The notes beneath the pieces were generated by a model, which ran no database searches, was not told where the DNA came from, and saw only the letters and a list, made by a program, of their open reading frames with translations. Shown one piece after another: positions 49,847 through 59,602 of a stretch of 64,000 bases of DNA. Position numbers and translations under genes: made by a program. Within the stretch, counting starts at the first letter, position 1. Every line of letters starts with the position of its first letter. The DNA is from Candidatus Eiseniibacteriota bacterium. GTDB taxonomy: Bacteria; Eisenbacteria; RBG-16-71-46; CAVPCR01. The stretch is taken from the NCBI GenBank assembly GCA_963702435.1, contig CAVPCR010000004.1:384001-448000 (forward strand), in the 5' to 3' direction.

Positions 49847-51871
49847 ATGATGCGGCACTGGTTCGGAACTGGTTGCGTATTCCTGGCCTTCATGCTGTCG
49901 TTCACCGGTCTGGCGCAGGCGCAGGTCAAGAACTTCATCGTCATGATCAGTGACGGGTGGGGAGAATCGCAGATCGACGCCACCGCCTACTGGAACGGCT
50001 CCAACCCGGTCTACGAGACCGAGCCCGGCTGGACCAAGATCGGGATGAGCAACTACATGTACCAGCTGGGTAACGAGAACCCGCCCTACGGCAATCCGGG
50101 TTTCATCGGCATCCATGGTTACGATCCCGACTCGGCGTGGGCCGACTGGATGTACATGCAGAACTACGCTACCGACTCCGCCGCCGCCGCAACGGCCATG
50201 TCATGCGGAGAGAAGTCATACAACGGCGGCATCGGCTACAACTGGAATCATGTCTCGCTGACGCACATGTTCGAGCATGCAGAAGCGGCCGGCCTCTCCA
50301 CGGGCGTCGTGACGACCGTGCCCCTGAGCCATGCCACCCCGGCGGCCTTCCGCGCGCACAACATCCACCGCAACAATTACGCCGAGATCGCGCGTGAGCT
50401 GTTCGCGTCTCCGCTCAAGGTCGTCATGGGCGGCGGCCACCCGAACTACGGCGAGAATGGCCAGTGGGAGCCGGGTAATCCCTCCGTTCCCGCCGACTGG
50501 CGGTACGTAGGCGGTTACGACCAGTGGAACGACCTCGTGGCGGGCGTCGGCGGCTGGACCCTCATCGAGGAGAGGGCCGACTTCGAGGCGCTGGCCAACG
50601 GCACTCTGGTCGTCGACCGCGTCGCCGGCATTCCGCAGGTGGCTCAAACCGTGCAATACAATCGCGCGGGCATGCCGCCCTTCAACAGCACGGAGCCGCC
50701 CTACACTGTGCCCTTCATCGCGAACGTGCCGACTCTCGAGACCATGACCAGGGGCGCCCTCAACGTCCTGGAGCAGAATCCGCTCGGCTTCGCCCTGATG
50801 ATCGAGGGCGGGGCCATCGACTGGGCCGGCCACGGGCGCACGCTCGGGCGGCTGATCGAGGAGCAGAACGACTTCGACGCCTCTGTCGCGGCCGTCGTCG
50901 ACTGGGTCGAGACCAACAGCAACTGGAACGAGACGATCCTCGTCGTCACCGGCGATCATGAGACCGGCTTCCTGTGGGGCCCGGGGATCGATCCCGCCAA
51001 CTCGAGCACGTGGTTCATCCCGGTCCAGGACAACGGTCCCAGCAGCATGCCCGGCTTCTACTTCTACAGCGCTCCTCGCGACAACTGGCAGAATCCGACC
51101 AACGAAGCCGGCCACACGAACCAGATCATCCCCTTCTACATGAAGGGCGCCGCTTCCGCCGTCCTCGTCGCCTACGCGGACGAGTTCGACATGCAGTGGG
51201 GCGCTCTCGGCGGCTATGACGGCCGCTATCTGGACAACACCGAGCTAGGCCTCGGGCTCATCTCCCTGGTCAACACCACGACCCCGGTCGAGCTCGCCTC
51301 CTTCGAGCTCACGAGCACGGATGGCGTCGTCTCGATCGCCTGGGAGACCTCGTTCGAGGATCGGAGCGCGGGCTTCAACATCCTGCGCGCGACGGAGGGT
51401 GCGGCCGCGGTGCAGGTGAACGACCAGACGATCCCGAGCCATGGCGGGAACGGCACGGCTCGCTACGAGTTCGTCGACCGCGCGGTCGCACGCGGCGCCA
51501 CCTACGAGTACACGCTCGAGTCGATCGACCTGAACGGCGCGACCGAGCGTCACTCGCTCGGCCTCGTGACCGTGGCGACCGGGTCTCCGATCCGCCAGCT
51601 CAGCCTGAGTCAGAACACGCCCAACCCGTTCAACCCGACGACCCTGATCTCCTTCGAGATGGCTGCCGCCGGGCACGCGAAGCTCGACATCTATGACGCC
51701 GCCGGGCACCTGATCCGCACCCTGGTCGACAGCGCTCTGCCCGCCGACCGGCACACAGTGGAATGGAACGGACTCGAGCAGAGCGGCCAGGCGGTCAATT
51801 CGGGGATCTACTTCTGCCGCCTCCAGGCGGGTAGCAGCACCCTGACCCGCAAGATGACGCTCATGAAGTAA
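49847..51871 (+). CDS. Alkaline phosphatase (PhoA family) with FlgD-Ig C-terminal domain
   Basis: 'MISDG', 'TDSAAAATA', 'HATPAAF', 'IEGGAIDWAGH', 'TGDHETG'; 'QNTPNPFNP'. Confidence 0.92.
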   Translation: MMRHWFGTGCVFLAFMLSFTGLAQAQVKNFIVMISDGWGESQIDATAYWNGSNPVYETEPGWTKIGMSNYMYQLGNENPPYGNPGFIGIHGYDPDSAWADWMYMQNYATDSAAAATAMSCGEKSYNGGIGYNWNHVSLTHMFEHAEAAGLSTGVVTTVPLSHATPAAFRAHNIHRNNYAEIARELFASPLKVVMGGGHPNYGENGQWEPGNPSVPADWRYVGGYDQWNDLVAGVGGWTLIEERADFEALANGTLVVDRVAGIPQVAQTVQYNRAGMPPFNSTEPPYTVPFIANVPTLETMTRGALNVLEQNPLGFALMIEGGAIDWAGHGRTLGRLIEEQNDFDASVAAVVDWVETNSNWNETILVVTGDHETGFLWGPGIDPANSSTWFIPVQDNGPSSMPGFYFYSAPRDNWQNPTNEAGHTNQIIPFYMKGAASAVLVAYADEFDMQWGALGGYDGRYLDNTELGLGLISLVNTTTPVELASFELTSTDGVVSIAWETSFEDRSAGFNILRATEGAAAVQVNDQTIPSHGGNGTARYEFVDRAVARGATYEYTLESIDLNGATERHSLGLVTVATGSPIRQLSLSQNTPNPFNPTTLISFEMAAAGHAKLDIYDAAGHLIRTLVDSALPADRHTVEWNGLEQSGQAVNSGIYFCRLQAGSSTLTRKMTLMK

Positions 51872-51989
51872 GGCCATTTGTCCTCCCACTTTCTGTTGAG
51901 CGAGGCCGAGGTGGCCCCTAGATTGGGGCCACCTCGGACCTCGGAGACAGAGGGGATGGAGGGCGCGATGGCAAAGCTTCGCTCGCCGC

Positions 51990-52190
51990 GGGTCCTCATG
52001 CTCCGGTCGCAGGAGCCGCCGGTGTCCTCCCGGCTCCTGGCGCGGGTGCGCGGTCACCAGGCGGAGACCCATCAAAGATGCGGACCGGGGCCCAGGTCTC
52101 CCGGACTTCGAGCCGGCGTCCGATGAAGGCGGCGGGAACCGAGTAGCGGTTGGCGTGCAGGTTGATGTAACCATCGACGCTGCATCTCCT
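51990..52190 (-). pseudogene. IS21-family IstA C-terminal fragment
   Basis: 'SVDGYINLHANRYSVPAAFIGRRLEVR...RIFDG', frameshifted to 'LVTAH.R'. Confidence 0.65.
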
Positions 52191-52410
52191 CACCGGGATC
52201 GAAGTGATAGTGACCGGGCAGGCGACCGCTGATCGCGCGCTGGTCGAGAAGGCCTATCGATTGCTCGTCGAGTTCCGGGACCGGGCCCCGGAGTCGTACC
52301 GCGGGAAGCTTCCGTGTACCTCGTTGCCGGGGGTTCGGCCGCTGACCCGGGGAAGCCGCTGACTCCCGCCCCGATAGTCCTGGCATCGATCGTGATCCGG
52401 TCCCGGGGGC

Positions 52411-53862
52411 GTGGTCGCATCTCTCGGCAACGACCCGAAGACGCGGGCCGCGGGCACCCGTCTGTCCGCTACCGGCGCCCGCACCGGTGTCTACCGGCCG
52501 CGCCGTCCCCAGGCCTCGCCGCTCTACCGGCTGATCGAGGAGCACTTCGAGCGGGTGGCCACGGCATGGGAGGAGCGCTACGAGCCGCGCTACGGTCGGT
52601 GGCGGCCGGTCATGCGCGCGGTGGTCGAGAAGTTTCTCGATTGCGGCTTGCTCGAGCCGGGCTTCGCGCGGGTGCGTTGCGGCGACTGCGGGGCCGAGTT
52701 CCTGCTTGCCTTCAGCTGCAAGTGCCGCTACTTCTGTCCGTCCTGCCACGCCAAGCGCCTGGCCCTCTGGTGCGACTGGCTCGAGCGCGAGCTCCTGCTG
52801 CCGATCCCGCATCGGCAGTACGTCTTCACCGTCCCCAAGCGCCTGCGACCCTACTTCCTCTACGACCGCCGTCTGCTCGGGCTGTTGAGCCGTGTCGCCT
52901 ACGACACCATGCGCGACTTCATGCGCGCCACCCTCGGCGCGGATGACGTCGTCCCCGGCGTCATCTCCTCGATCCAGACCCATGGCACGCTCGCCAACTG
53001 GCATCCCCACCTGCACGTGCTCGCCACCGACGGCGCCTTTCGGCCCGACGGCACGTTCGTGCCGCTCGGTGTTCACTCGCTCGCGGTGCTGACCGAGGCG
53101 TTCCGCCGCGCCGTGCTCCGCGCCTTCGTCCAGCGCGGCCTGTTCAGCGCCGAGGTGGCCGCCTCCATGCTCGCCTGGCCCCACTCCGGCTTCCATGTCC
53201 ACAACGCCGTGCGGCTCGATGGGGATGACCTCGGCGGCCTCTTGCCGCTCGCTCGCTACGCAGCCCGCGCCCCCCTCGCCCTCACCCGCCTCACCTACGA
53301 CGCTGCAAAGCCGCAGGTCTTCGTCATCTCCGACAAGGCCGAAGGGCCCACCGCCGGGACGCATGCCTTCGCTCCTCTCGACTTCCTTGCCCAGCTCCTC
53401 ACCCACATCCCGCGCCAGGGCGAACACCTCGTGCGCTACTACGGCGCGTATGCGAGCCGCACCCGCGGCACCTGGCGCCGGCAAGGGATCGGCCCCTGGG
53501 TCGAGCGGCAGCGCGGCGAGGGGGACCAAGAGGACGAGCCACCGGGTGCACCCCGCGATGCCAACGCTGATCCTGGCGGTGACCCGGTGGTGCCACCTCC
53601 GGAACCGCTATCCCCATCGCGGGCCGCGCTCAGGAAGCGCTGGGCGGAACTCCTCCGTCGCCTCTACGAGGTCGATCCGCTGAGTTGCCCGCGGTGCGGG
53701 GGCGAGATGCGGATCATCGCCTTCCTCCTCGATCCACCGGTGATCGACGCCATCCTCCGCCACCTCCGCCGCGCTGCCTACGACGCGCGGGCCGGCCCGT
53801 GGGCGGAGGTGGTTGGGAGCAATGCGGTGGCGGGGGACGCCGGCCCGGCGGGGTGCGGCTAG
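52411..53862 (+). CDS. Full-length IS91/ISCR-family HUH rolling-circle transposase
   Basis: Zn-binding 'CG..C...SCKCRYFCPSC', 'HRQYVFTVP', HUH 'WHPHLH', single Tyr 'LARYAARAP', 'HLVRYYG', C-terminal 'CPRCGGEM'. Confidence 0.95.
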   Translation: MVASLGNDPKTRAAGTRLSATGARTGVYRPRRPQASPLYRLIEEHFERVATAWEERYEPRYGRWRPVMRAVVEKFLDCGLLEPGFARVRCGDCGAEFLLAFSCKCRYFCPSCHAKRLALWCDWLERELLLPIPHRQYVFTVPKRLRPYFLYDRRLLGLLSRVAYDTMRDFMRATLGADDVVPGVISSIQTHGTLANWHPHLHVLATDGAFRPDGTFVPLGVHSLAVLTEAFRRAVLRAFVQRGLFSAEVAASMLAWPHSGFHVHNAVRLDGDDLGGLLPLARYAARAPLALTRLTYDAAKPQVFVISDKAEGPTAGTHAFAPLDFLAQLLTHIPRQGEHLVRYYGAYASRTRGTWRRQGIGPWVERQRGEGDQEDEPPGAPRDANADPGGDPVVPPPEPLSPSRAALRKRWAELLRRLYEVDPLSCPRCGGEMRIIAFLLDPPVIDAILRHLRRAAYDARAGPWAEVVGSNAVAGDAGPAGCG

Positions 53863-54134
53863 CCCGGCCGGCCGCGGCCAGCGCGCGGTTTGGGGTGCTG
53901 CCGATCACCATCGGCAGCGCGAGGGGAGAGGCGCGCCCAGCCGCGACCGGGCGTCGGTCGGCAGGGCCGCATCGCGGTGCGGCGGCCGCGGCCACCCCGC
54001 GGCAACGTCGGGCCACGACGCGCAGTCGCCGGTCACGCCACGCCGCGGACGCCTCCCGGTCGGTCGCGCGCGCGGCTTGGCTCCCCCTTCTCCTCCTCCT
54101 CCCAGGCTATTGACGAAAGGAAATCCCTATCCCT
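53863..54134 (+). mobile_element. 3' non-coding arm and oriIS-like terminus of the full-length copy C
   Basis: Same arm as the other copies; variant terminus GACGAAAGGAAATCCCTATCCCT. Confidence 0.9.
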
Positions 54135-54901
54135 AACAGGTCATGGAGACCTTCGGCCGCAACCTCGGCGTGAAGGTCGTGCACGTGGACGCTGCGGAGA
54201 ATTTCCTGGGCGAGCTTGCCGGCGTGGCCGATCCCGAGCAGAAGCGCCGCGTCATCGGGCGCATCTTCGTCGAGGTGTTCCAGCGCGAGGCGGCGAAGCT
54301 CCCCAAGGCGCGCTGGCTCGCGCAGGGCACCATCTACCCCGACGTCATCGAGTCGGCCGGCGGCAAGACCAAGAAGGCGCACACCATCAAGAGCCACCAC
54401 AACGTGGGCGGTCTCCCCGAGACGCTGAACCTCAAGCTGCTCGAGCCGCTGCGCGAGCTCTTCAAGGACGAGGTGCGGGAGCTGGGCATCGCGCTGGGCC
54501 TCGCGCACGAGATGGTCTACCGCCACCCGTTCCCGGGGCCGGGGCTGGGCGTGCGCATTTTGGGCGAGGTGAAGCGCGAGTACGCGGAGCTCCTGCGGCG
54601 CGCCGACGCGATCTTCATCGACGAGCTGCGCGCCGCCGACTGGTACGACAAGACCTCGCAGGCCTTCGCCGTGTTCCTGCCCGTGAAGTCCGTGGGCGTG
54701 ATGGGCGACGGGCGGACCTACGAGTACGTCGTCGCGCTGCGCGCCGTCCAGACGCAGGACTTCATGACCGCCCACTGGGCCGAGCTTCCCCACGCGCTGC
54801 TGGGCAAGGTCTCCAACCGCATCATCAACGAGGTGCGGGGCATCAACCGCGTCGTCTACGACATCTCCGGCAAGCCCCCCGCCACTATTGAGTGGGAGTA
54901 G
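54135..54901 (+). pseudogene. guaA: C-terminal half of GMP synthase, 5'-truncated by the element end
   Basis: 'DPEQKR..IG', '[11 protein letters not shown]', '[11 protein letters not shown]', 'HPFPGPGLG', 'KPPATIEWE*'. The GATase domain and PP-loop are missing. Confidence 0.93.
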
Positions 54902-55068
54902 GGGGTCTGCGCTCCTGATTGCGCGTCCACCGGGCGTGGTGCCGATCGCAATAGCCGCGATGCCGTTCCGTCCTGATTGGCAAGCGTCGTTGGCCCGTCG
55001 GGGGCGACCGGTGTCAGGAGGATCCTCACGCAGCTGGCGACCAGAGCTGCCTTGCCGATGGACCCTGC

Positions 55069-57876
55069 TCAGGCGCGTCTTCGATTGCGGATCAACTTCT
55101 CCACAGAGATCACCGGCAGGATGATCGCGCCGGCCAATGCGCTGAAGAGAAGCGACTGCACGGTCAGCGGGAAGGTGGAGAAGATCGCCTGCATCGGCGG
55201 GGCGTAGATGAACAGCGCTTGCAGGGCCAGGACCGCGGCGATGCCGATGAACACCGTCTTGTTGCTGAAGAAGCCGATTCTGAAGATCGAGTCCTTCAGC
55301 GAGCGGCAGCTCAGCATGTAGAAGACCTGGAACATGATCACCGTGGTGACCGCCATCGTCTGCGCCTCGCTCACGATCTGGGCTTCGGTCAGACCGGTGC
55401 TTGCGCGGGTGGCCATCTCCAGCTCGTACCTCCAGAGGAAGAGGCCCACGGCGCCGGCGGCCATGAGAGTGGCCGCCAGGAAGGTGCGGAACACCACGAA
55501 CTTGTTCAGCACCGGCTCCTTCGGGTCGCGCGGCGGGCGGTTCATCACGTCCGGCTCCTTCGCCTCGAAGGCAAGCGGCAGGGCGAGAGCCACGGCGGCG
55601 ACCAGGTTGATCCAGAGCAGCTGGGTCGGCAACATCGGCAGCAGCAGGTCCTTGACCACCTGGCCGTCGAAGGTCTTCTCGACCAGCGGGAAGAACGCGA
55701 CCGCATAGATCAGGATCAGCGCGAGGCCGAGGTTGGTGGGCAGTACGAACGCCAGCGACTTGATGAGGTTGTCGTAGACGCGGCGGCCTTCTTCCACCGC
55801 CGCGGCGATGGAGGCGAAGTTGTCGTCCGTGAGCACGATGTCGGCGGCTTCCTTGGAAACCGAGGTGCCGGTGATCCCCATCGCCACGCCGATGTTCGAC
55901 TGCTTGAGCGCGGGCGCGTCGTTCACCCCGTCGCCGGTCATCGCCGTCACCTGGCCGTTGTCTTGCAGGGCGCGCACGAGGCGCAGCTTGTGCTCGGGGG
56001 CCACGCGGGCGAAGACGTTGTGGTCCTTCACGATCTCGCGCATGGCGGTCTCGTCCATCTCGGCGAGCTGGACGCCGGTCACGGCCTTGGCGCCATGCTT
56101 GGCGATGCCCAGCTGTTCACCAATGGCCTGGGCGGTGCCCATGTGGTCGCCGGTGATCATCTTGACCGTGATGCCGGCCTGGTGGCAGGCGCGGATGGCG
56201 TCGATCACCTCGGTGCGCGGCGGGTCGATCATGGCCTGCAGGCCGGTGAACTCGAAGCCCTGGGCGCAGTCTTCCATGGTCAGTCCGGCGCGGTCGAACC
56301 GCTTCTCGGCAAAGCCGAGCACGCGCATGCCCTCGTTCGCGAACGCCTCCACGTGGTGGATCACCGTGTCCGGGTCCACGTTGCCGCAGCGCCTCAACAC
56401 CATCTCGGGCGCGCCCTTGATGATGATCTTCTGGCCCTCGGCGCCCCAGTCGTGCAGCGTGGCCATGAACTGGTTGGCGCTCTCGAACGGGATCGTGTCG
56501 AGGCGAGCGTGGCGCATGCGGGCGTTCGGGGTGTGGATGCCGAACTTCTCTCCAGCGGTCACGAGCGCGCCTTCGGTCGGGTCTCCGGTGATCTGCCAGC
56601 GGCCTTCCTTCTGCTCCAGGGTAGCGTCGCAGCAGAGGATGCCGGCCAGCAGCAGTTCGTGCACGTCGTTGGAGGTGGGGGTGAGGGGGTCGCCATCCTT
56701 CGACAGGCGGCCGACGGGCTCATAGCCCGCGCCCTCCACGCGGTACACGCCCGACCCCGGCAGATAGAGCGCCTGCACCGTCATCTCGTTGCGCGTGAGG
56801 GTGCCGGTCTTGTCCGAGCAGATCACGGTGGTGCTGCCCAGCGTCTCCACCGAAGGCAGCTTGCGCACCACGGCGCGACGGGCGGCCATGCGCTGCACGC
56901 CGATGGCCAGCGCGATGGTCACGATGGCGGGCAAGCCCTCGGGAATGGCGCCCACCGCCAGCGTGATGGCGAAGATGACCGATTCGCGCAGGCCGGTCAG
57001 CAGCTCCACGCCGCCTTCCAACATCGCCCGGGCCGTGCCCACGAAGAGGATCACCACCGAGATCACCGCGATACCGACGGTGAGCACGATGCCGATCTTG
57101 TGCAAGGCGATGCTCAGCGGGGTCTCCATCGCGGTGGCCTCGCCCAGCATCGCGTTGATGCGGCCGAGTTCGGTGCCGTTTCCGGTGGTGGTCACCATGC
57201 CCAGGCCCGTCCCGTAGGTCACCAGCGAGCCGCTGAACGCCATGTTCCTGCGGTCGCCCAGGCCGGCGTTCTCGGCCACGGGTTCGGTCATCTTCTCCAC
57301 CGGAACCGACTCGCCGGTCAGCGCCGCCTCCTCGATCTGCAGCGTGCGCAAGTGGAAGAGGCGCATGTCGGCGGGCACCTTGTCGCCGCTTTGCAGGAAC
57401 ACCACGTCGCCGCGCACCAGATCGGCCACCGGCAACTGCACGCGCTTGCCGTCGCGTTGAACGGTGGCGAACTCCGGCACCATCGCGCTCAGGCTTTCGA
57501 TCGCCTTGCTCGCCTTGTATTCCTGCGCGAAGCCGATGATCGTGTTGATGATCACCACCGCCAGGATCACGAGGCCGTTCTTGATGCCGTCGGCCGGGTC
57601 GACCAGCATCGCTATCACCGCGCTGCCGATCAGCACCCAGATCAGCGGGTTGTTGATCTGGCGCCAGATCAGCTCCATGACTGACGCACCGCCCTTCTTG
57701 TCCAGCACGTTGGGGCCGAACTGGGTCAGGCGCTTCTGGGCCTCGTCGTTGGCCAGTCCGTCCCGAGTCGCGCTCAGGGCGGACAGCACATCATCAGGCG
57801 TCTGGGCGTGCCACGGGCGGTTGGCCGCTCCCTGCGAGCGCTTGTCGAATGAATAGACCACTGCTTCGCTCCTCAA
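55069..57876 (-). CDS. Type II cation-transporting P-type ATPase (Ca2+/Mn2+-like)
   Basis: 'TGES', 'IPEGLP', 'DKTGTLT', 'KGAPE', 'TGD', 'GDGVND'. The start codon is uncertain by a few codons. Confidence 0.95.
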   Translation of the reverse strand: MRSEAVVYSFDKRSQGAANRPWHAQTPDDVLSALSATRDGLANDEAQKRLTQFGPNVLDKKGGASVMELIWRQINNPLIWVLIGSAVIAMLVDPADGIKNGLVILAVVIINTIIGFAQEYKASKAIESLSAMVPEFATVQRDGKRVQLPVADLVRGDVVFLQSGDKVPADMRLFHLRTLQIEEAALTGESVPVEKMTEPVAENAGLGDRRNMAFSGSLVTYGTGLGMVTTTGNGTELGRINAMLGEATAMETPLSIALHKIGIVLTVGIAVISVVILFVGTARAMLEGGVELLTGLRESVIFAITLAVGAIPEGLPAIVTIALAIGVQRMAARRAVVRKLPSVETLGSTTVICSDKTGTLTRNEMTVQALYLPGSGVYRVEGAGYEPVGRLSKDGDPLTPTSNDVHELLLAGILCCDATLEQKEGRWQITGDPTEGALVTAGEKFGIHTPNARMRHARLDTIPFESANQFMATLHDWGAEGQKIIIKGAPEMVLRRCGNVDPDTVIHHVEAFANEGMRVLGFAEKRFDRAGLTMEDCAQGFEFTGLQAMIDPPRTEVIDAIRACHQAGITVKMITGDHMGTAQAIGEQLGIAKHGAKAVTGVQLAEMDETAMREIVKDHNVFARVAPEHKLRLVRALQDNGQVTAMTGDGVNDAPALKQSNIGVAMGITGTSVSKEAADIVLTDDNFASIAAAVEEGRRVYDNLIKSLAFVLPTNLGLALILIYAVAFFPLVEKTFDGQVVKDLLLPMLPTQLLWINLVAAVALALPLAFEAKEPDVMNRPPRDPKEPVLNKFVVFRTFLAATLMAAGAVGLFLWRYELEMATRASTGLTEAQIVSEAQTMAVTTVIMFQVFYMLSCRSLKDSIFRIGFFSNKTVFIGIAAVLALQALFIYAPPMQAIFSTFPLTVQSLLFSALAGAIILPVISVEKLIRNRRRA

Positions 57877-57917
57877 TGCGTCAACGCGACAGCGTTGGCG
57901 CGGGCGTCTACATGAGG

Positions 57918-58034
57918 TCGCGTTGGTCTTGCGTCGCCGCGTTCGCCTTCGGCGGGCGGCGTGCCCCGGGCGGATCCGTCTCCAGACCGTGTTGACGCCC
58001 GAAAGCCACTTGGGAGCTACTCCCCAGCACGTCC
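57918..58034 (-). ncRNA. yybP-ykoY (Mn2+) riboswitch
   Basis: The minus strand reads TGGGGAGTAGC...GCGTCAACAC...GCAAGACC, the conserved yybP-ykoY blocks in order, directly upstream of the P-type ATPase. Confidence 0.8.
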
Positions 58035-58186
58035 TATCGAAAGCACATGATACCTGTTAGAGGCCAAGCAATACGGGCTCATCTCGTCGCGGCAATTACG
58101 ACTTCAACGACGATCCGGGCCATCCGAAGTGGGTCATCCGAGCGGGTCAGTGAATCCTACGGCGCGGATCCAAGCGCGAAGATGTT

Positions 58187-59478
58187 CCTACTTCCTCTAC
58201 GACCGCCGTCTGCTCGGGCTGTTGAGCCGTGTCGCCTACGACACCCTGCGCGACTTCATGCGCGCCACCCTCGGCGCGGATGACGTCGTCCCCGGCGTCA
58301 TCTCCTCGATCCAGACCCATGGCACGCTCGCCAACTGGCATCCCCACCTGCACGTGCTCGCCACCGACGGCGCCTTTCGGCCCGACGGCACGTTCGTGCC
58401 GCTCGGTGTTCACTCGCTCGCGGTGCTGACCGAGGCGTTCCGCCGCGCCGTGCTCCGCGCCTTCGTCCAGCGCGGCCTGTTCAGCGCCGAGGTGGCCGCC
58501 TCCATGCGCGCCTGGCCCCACTCCGGCTTCCATGTCCACAACGCCGTGCGGCTCGATGGGGATGACCTCGGCGGCCTCTTGCCGCTCGCTCGCTACGCAG
58601 CCCGCGCCCCCCTCGCCCTCACCCGCATCACCTACGACGCTGCAAAGCCGCAGGTCCTGGTTGCCTCCGACAAGGCCGAAGGGCCCACCGCCGGGACGCA
58701 TGCCTTCGCTCCTCTCGACTTCCTTGCCCAGCTCCTCACCCACATCCCGCGCCAGGGCGAACACCTCGTGCGCTACTACGGCGCGTATGCGAGCCGCACC
58801 CGCGGCACCTGGCGCCGGCAAGGGATCGGCCCCTGGGTCGAGCGGCAGCGCGGCGAGGGGGACCAAGAGGACGAGCCACCGGGTGCACCCCGCGATGCCA
58901 ACGCTGATCCTGGCGGTGACCCGGTGGTGCCACCTCCGGAACCGCTATCCCCATCGCGGGCCGCGCTCAGGAAGCGCTGGGCGGAACTCCTCCGTCGCCT
59001 CTACGAGGTCGATCCGCTGAGTTGCCCGCGGTGCGGGGGCGAGATGCGGATCATCGCCTTCCTCCTCGATCCACCGGTGATCGACGCCATCCTCCGCCAC
59101 CTCCGCCGCGCTGCCTACGACGCGCGGGCCGGCCCGTGGGCGGAGGTGGTTGGGAGCAATGCGGTGGCGGGGGACGCCGGCCCGGCGGGGTGCGGCTAGC
59201 CCGGCCGGCCGCGGCCAGCGCGCGGTTGGGGGTGCTGCCGATCACCATCGGCAGCGCGAGGGGAGAGGCGCGCCCAGCCGCGACCGGGCGTCGGTCGGCA
59301 GGGCCGCATCGCGGTGCGGCGGCCGCGGCCACCCCGCGGCAACGTCGGGCCACGACGCGCAGTCGCCGGTCACGCCACGCCGCGGACGCCTCCCGGTCGG
59401 TCGCGCGCGCGGCTTGGCTCCCCCTTCTCCTCCTCCTCCCAGGCTATTGACGAAAGGAAATTCCTATCCCTTATCCCT
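58187..59478 (+). mobile_element. 5'-truncated IS91/ISCR-like copy D ending (TATCCCT)x2
   Basis: Matches copy C from 'YFLYDRR' onward; lacks the Zn-binding N-terminus. Confidence 0.92.
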
Positions 59479-59567
59479 AGGAATCGCGCGTCCGAACCGC
59501 GCGTTGAAGTCCGTGGACCAGCACAGTGGCCCAGTTCACCTGGCCAGCGCCCAGCCCGGCAACGGAC

Positions 59568-59596
59568 TTGAGAAATCTAAAGTAATGGTTTAGATT
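59568..59596 (+). promoter_or_regulatory. AT-rich promoter/operator palindrome upstream of the DUF4143 ATPase
   Basis: TTGAGA then AATCTAAA-N7-TTTAGATT, 6 bp before the ATG. Confidence 0.55.
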
Positions 59597-59602
59597 ACTC
59601 AC

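Noticed and set aside
52190..52410. terIS of the full-length element
   Set aside because: Short repeats (CCGCTGAC x2) are present, but no second full copy exists in the window to define the boundary.
58184..58187. GTTC at the 5' junction of copy D as an IS91-type ter/target site
   Set aside because: The other 5' junctions (34873, 43039, 44294) lack it; a single 4-mer is not evidence.
28369..59478. Integron cassette array interpretation of the repeated ends
   Set aside because: No tyrosine integrase, no attC RYYYAAC/GTTRRRY structure; the repeats are tied to an HUH transposase and cut genes mid-frame.
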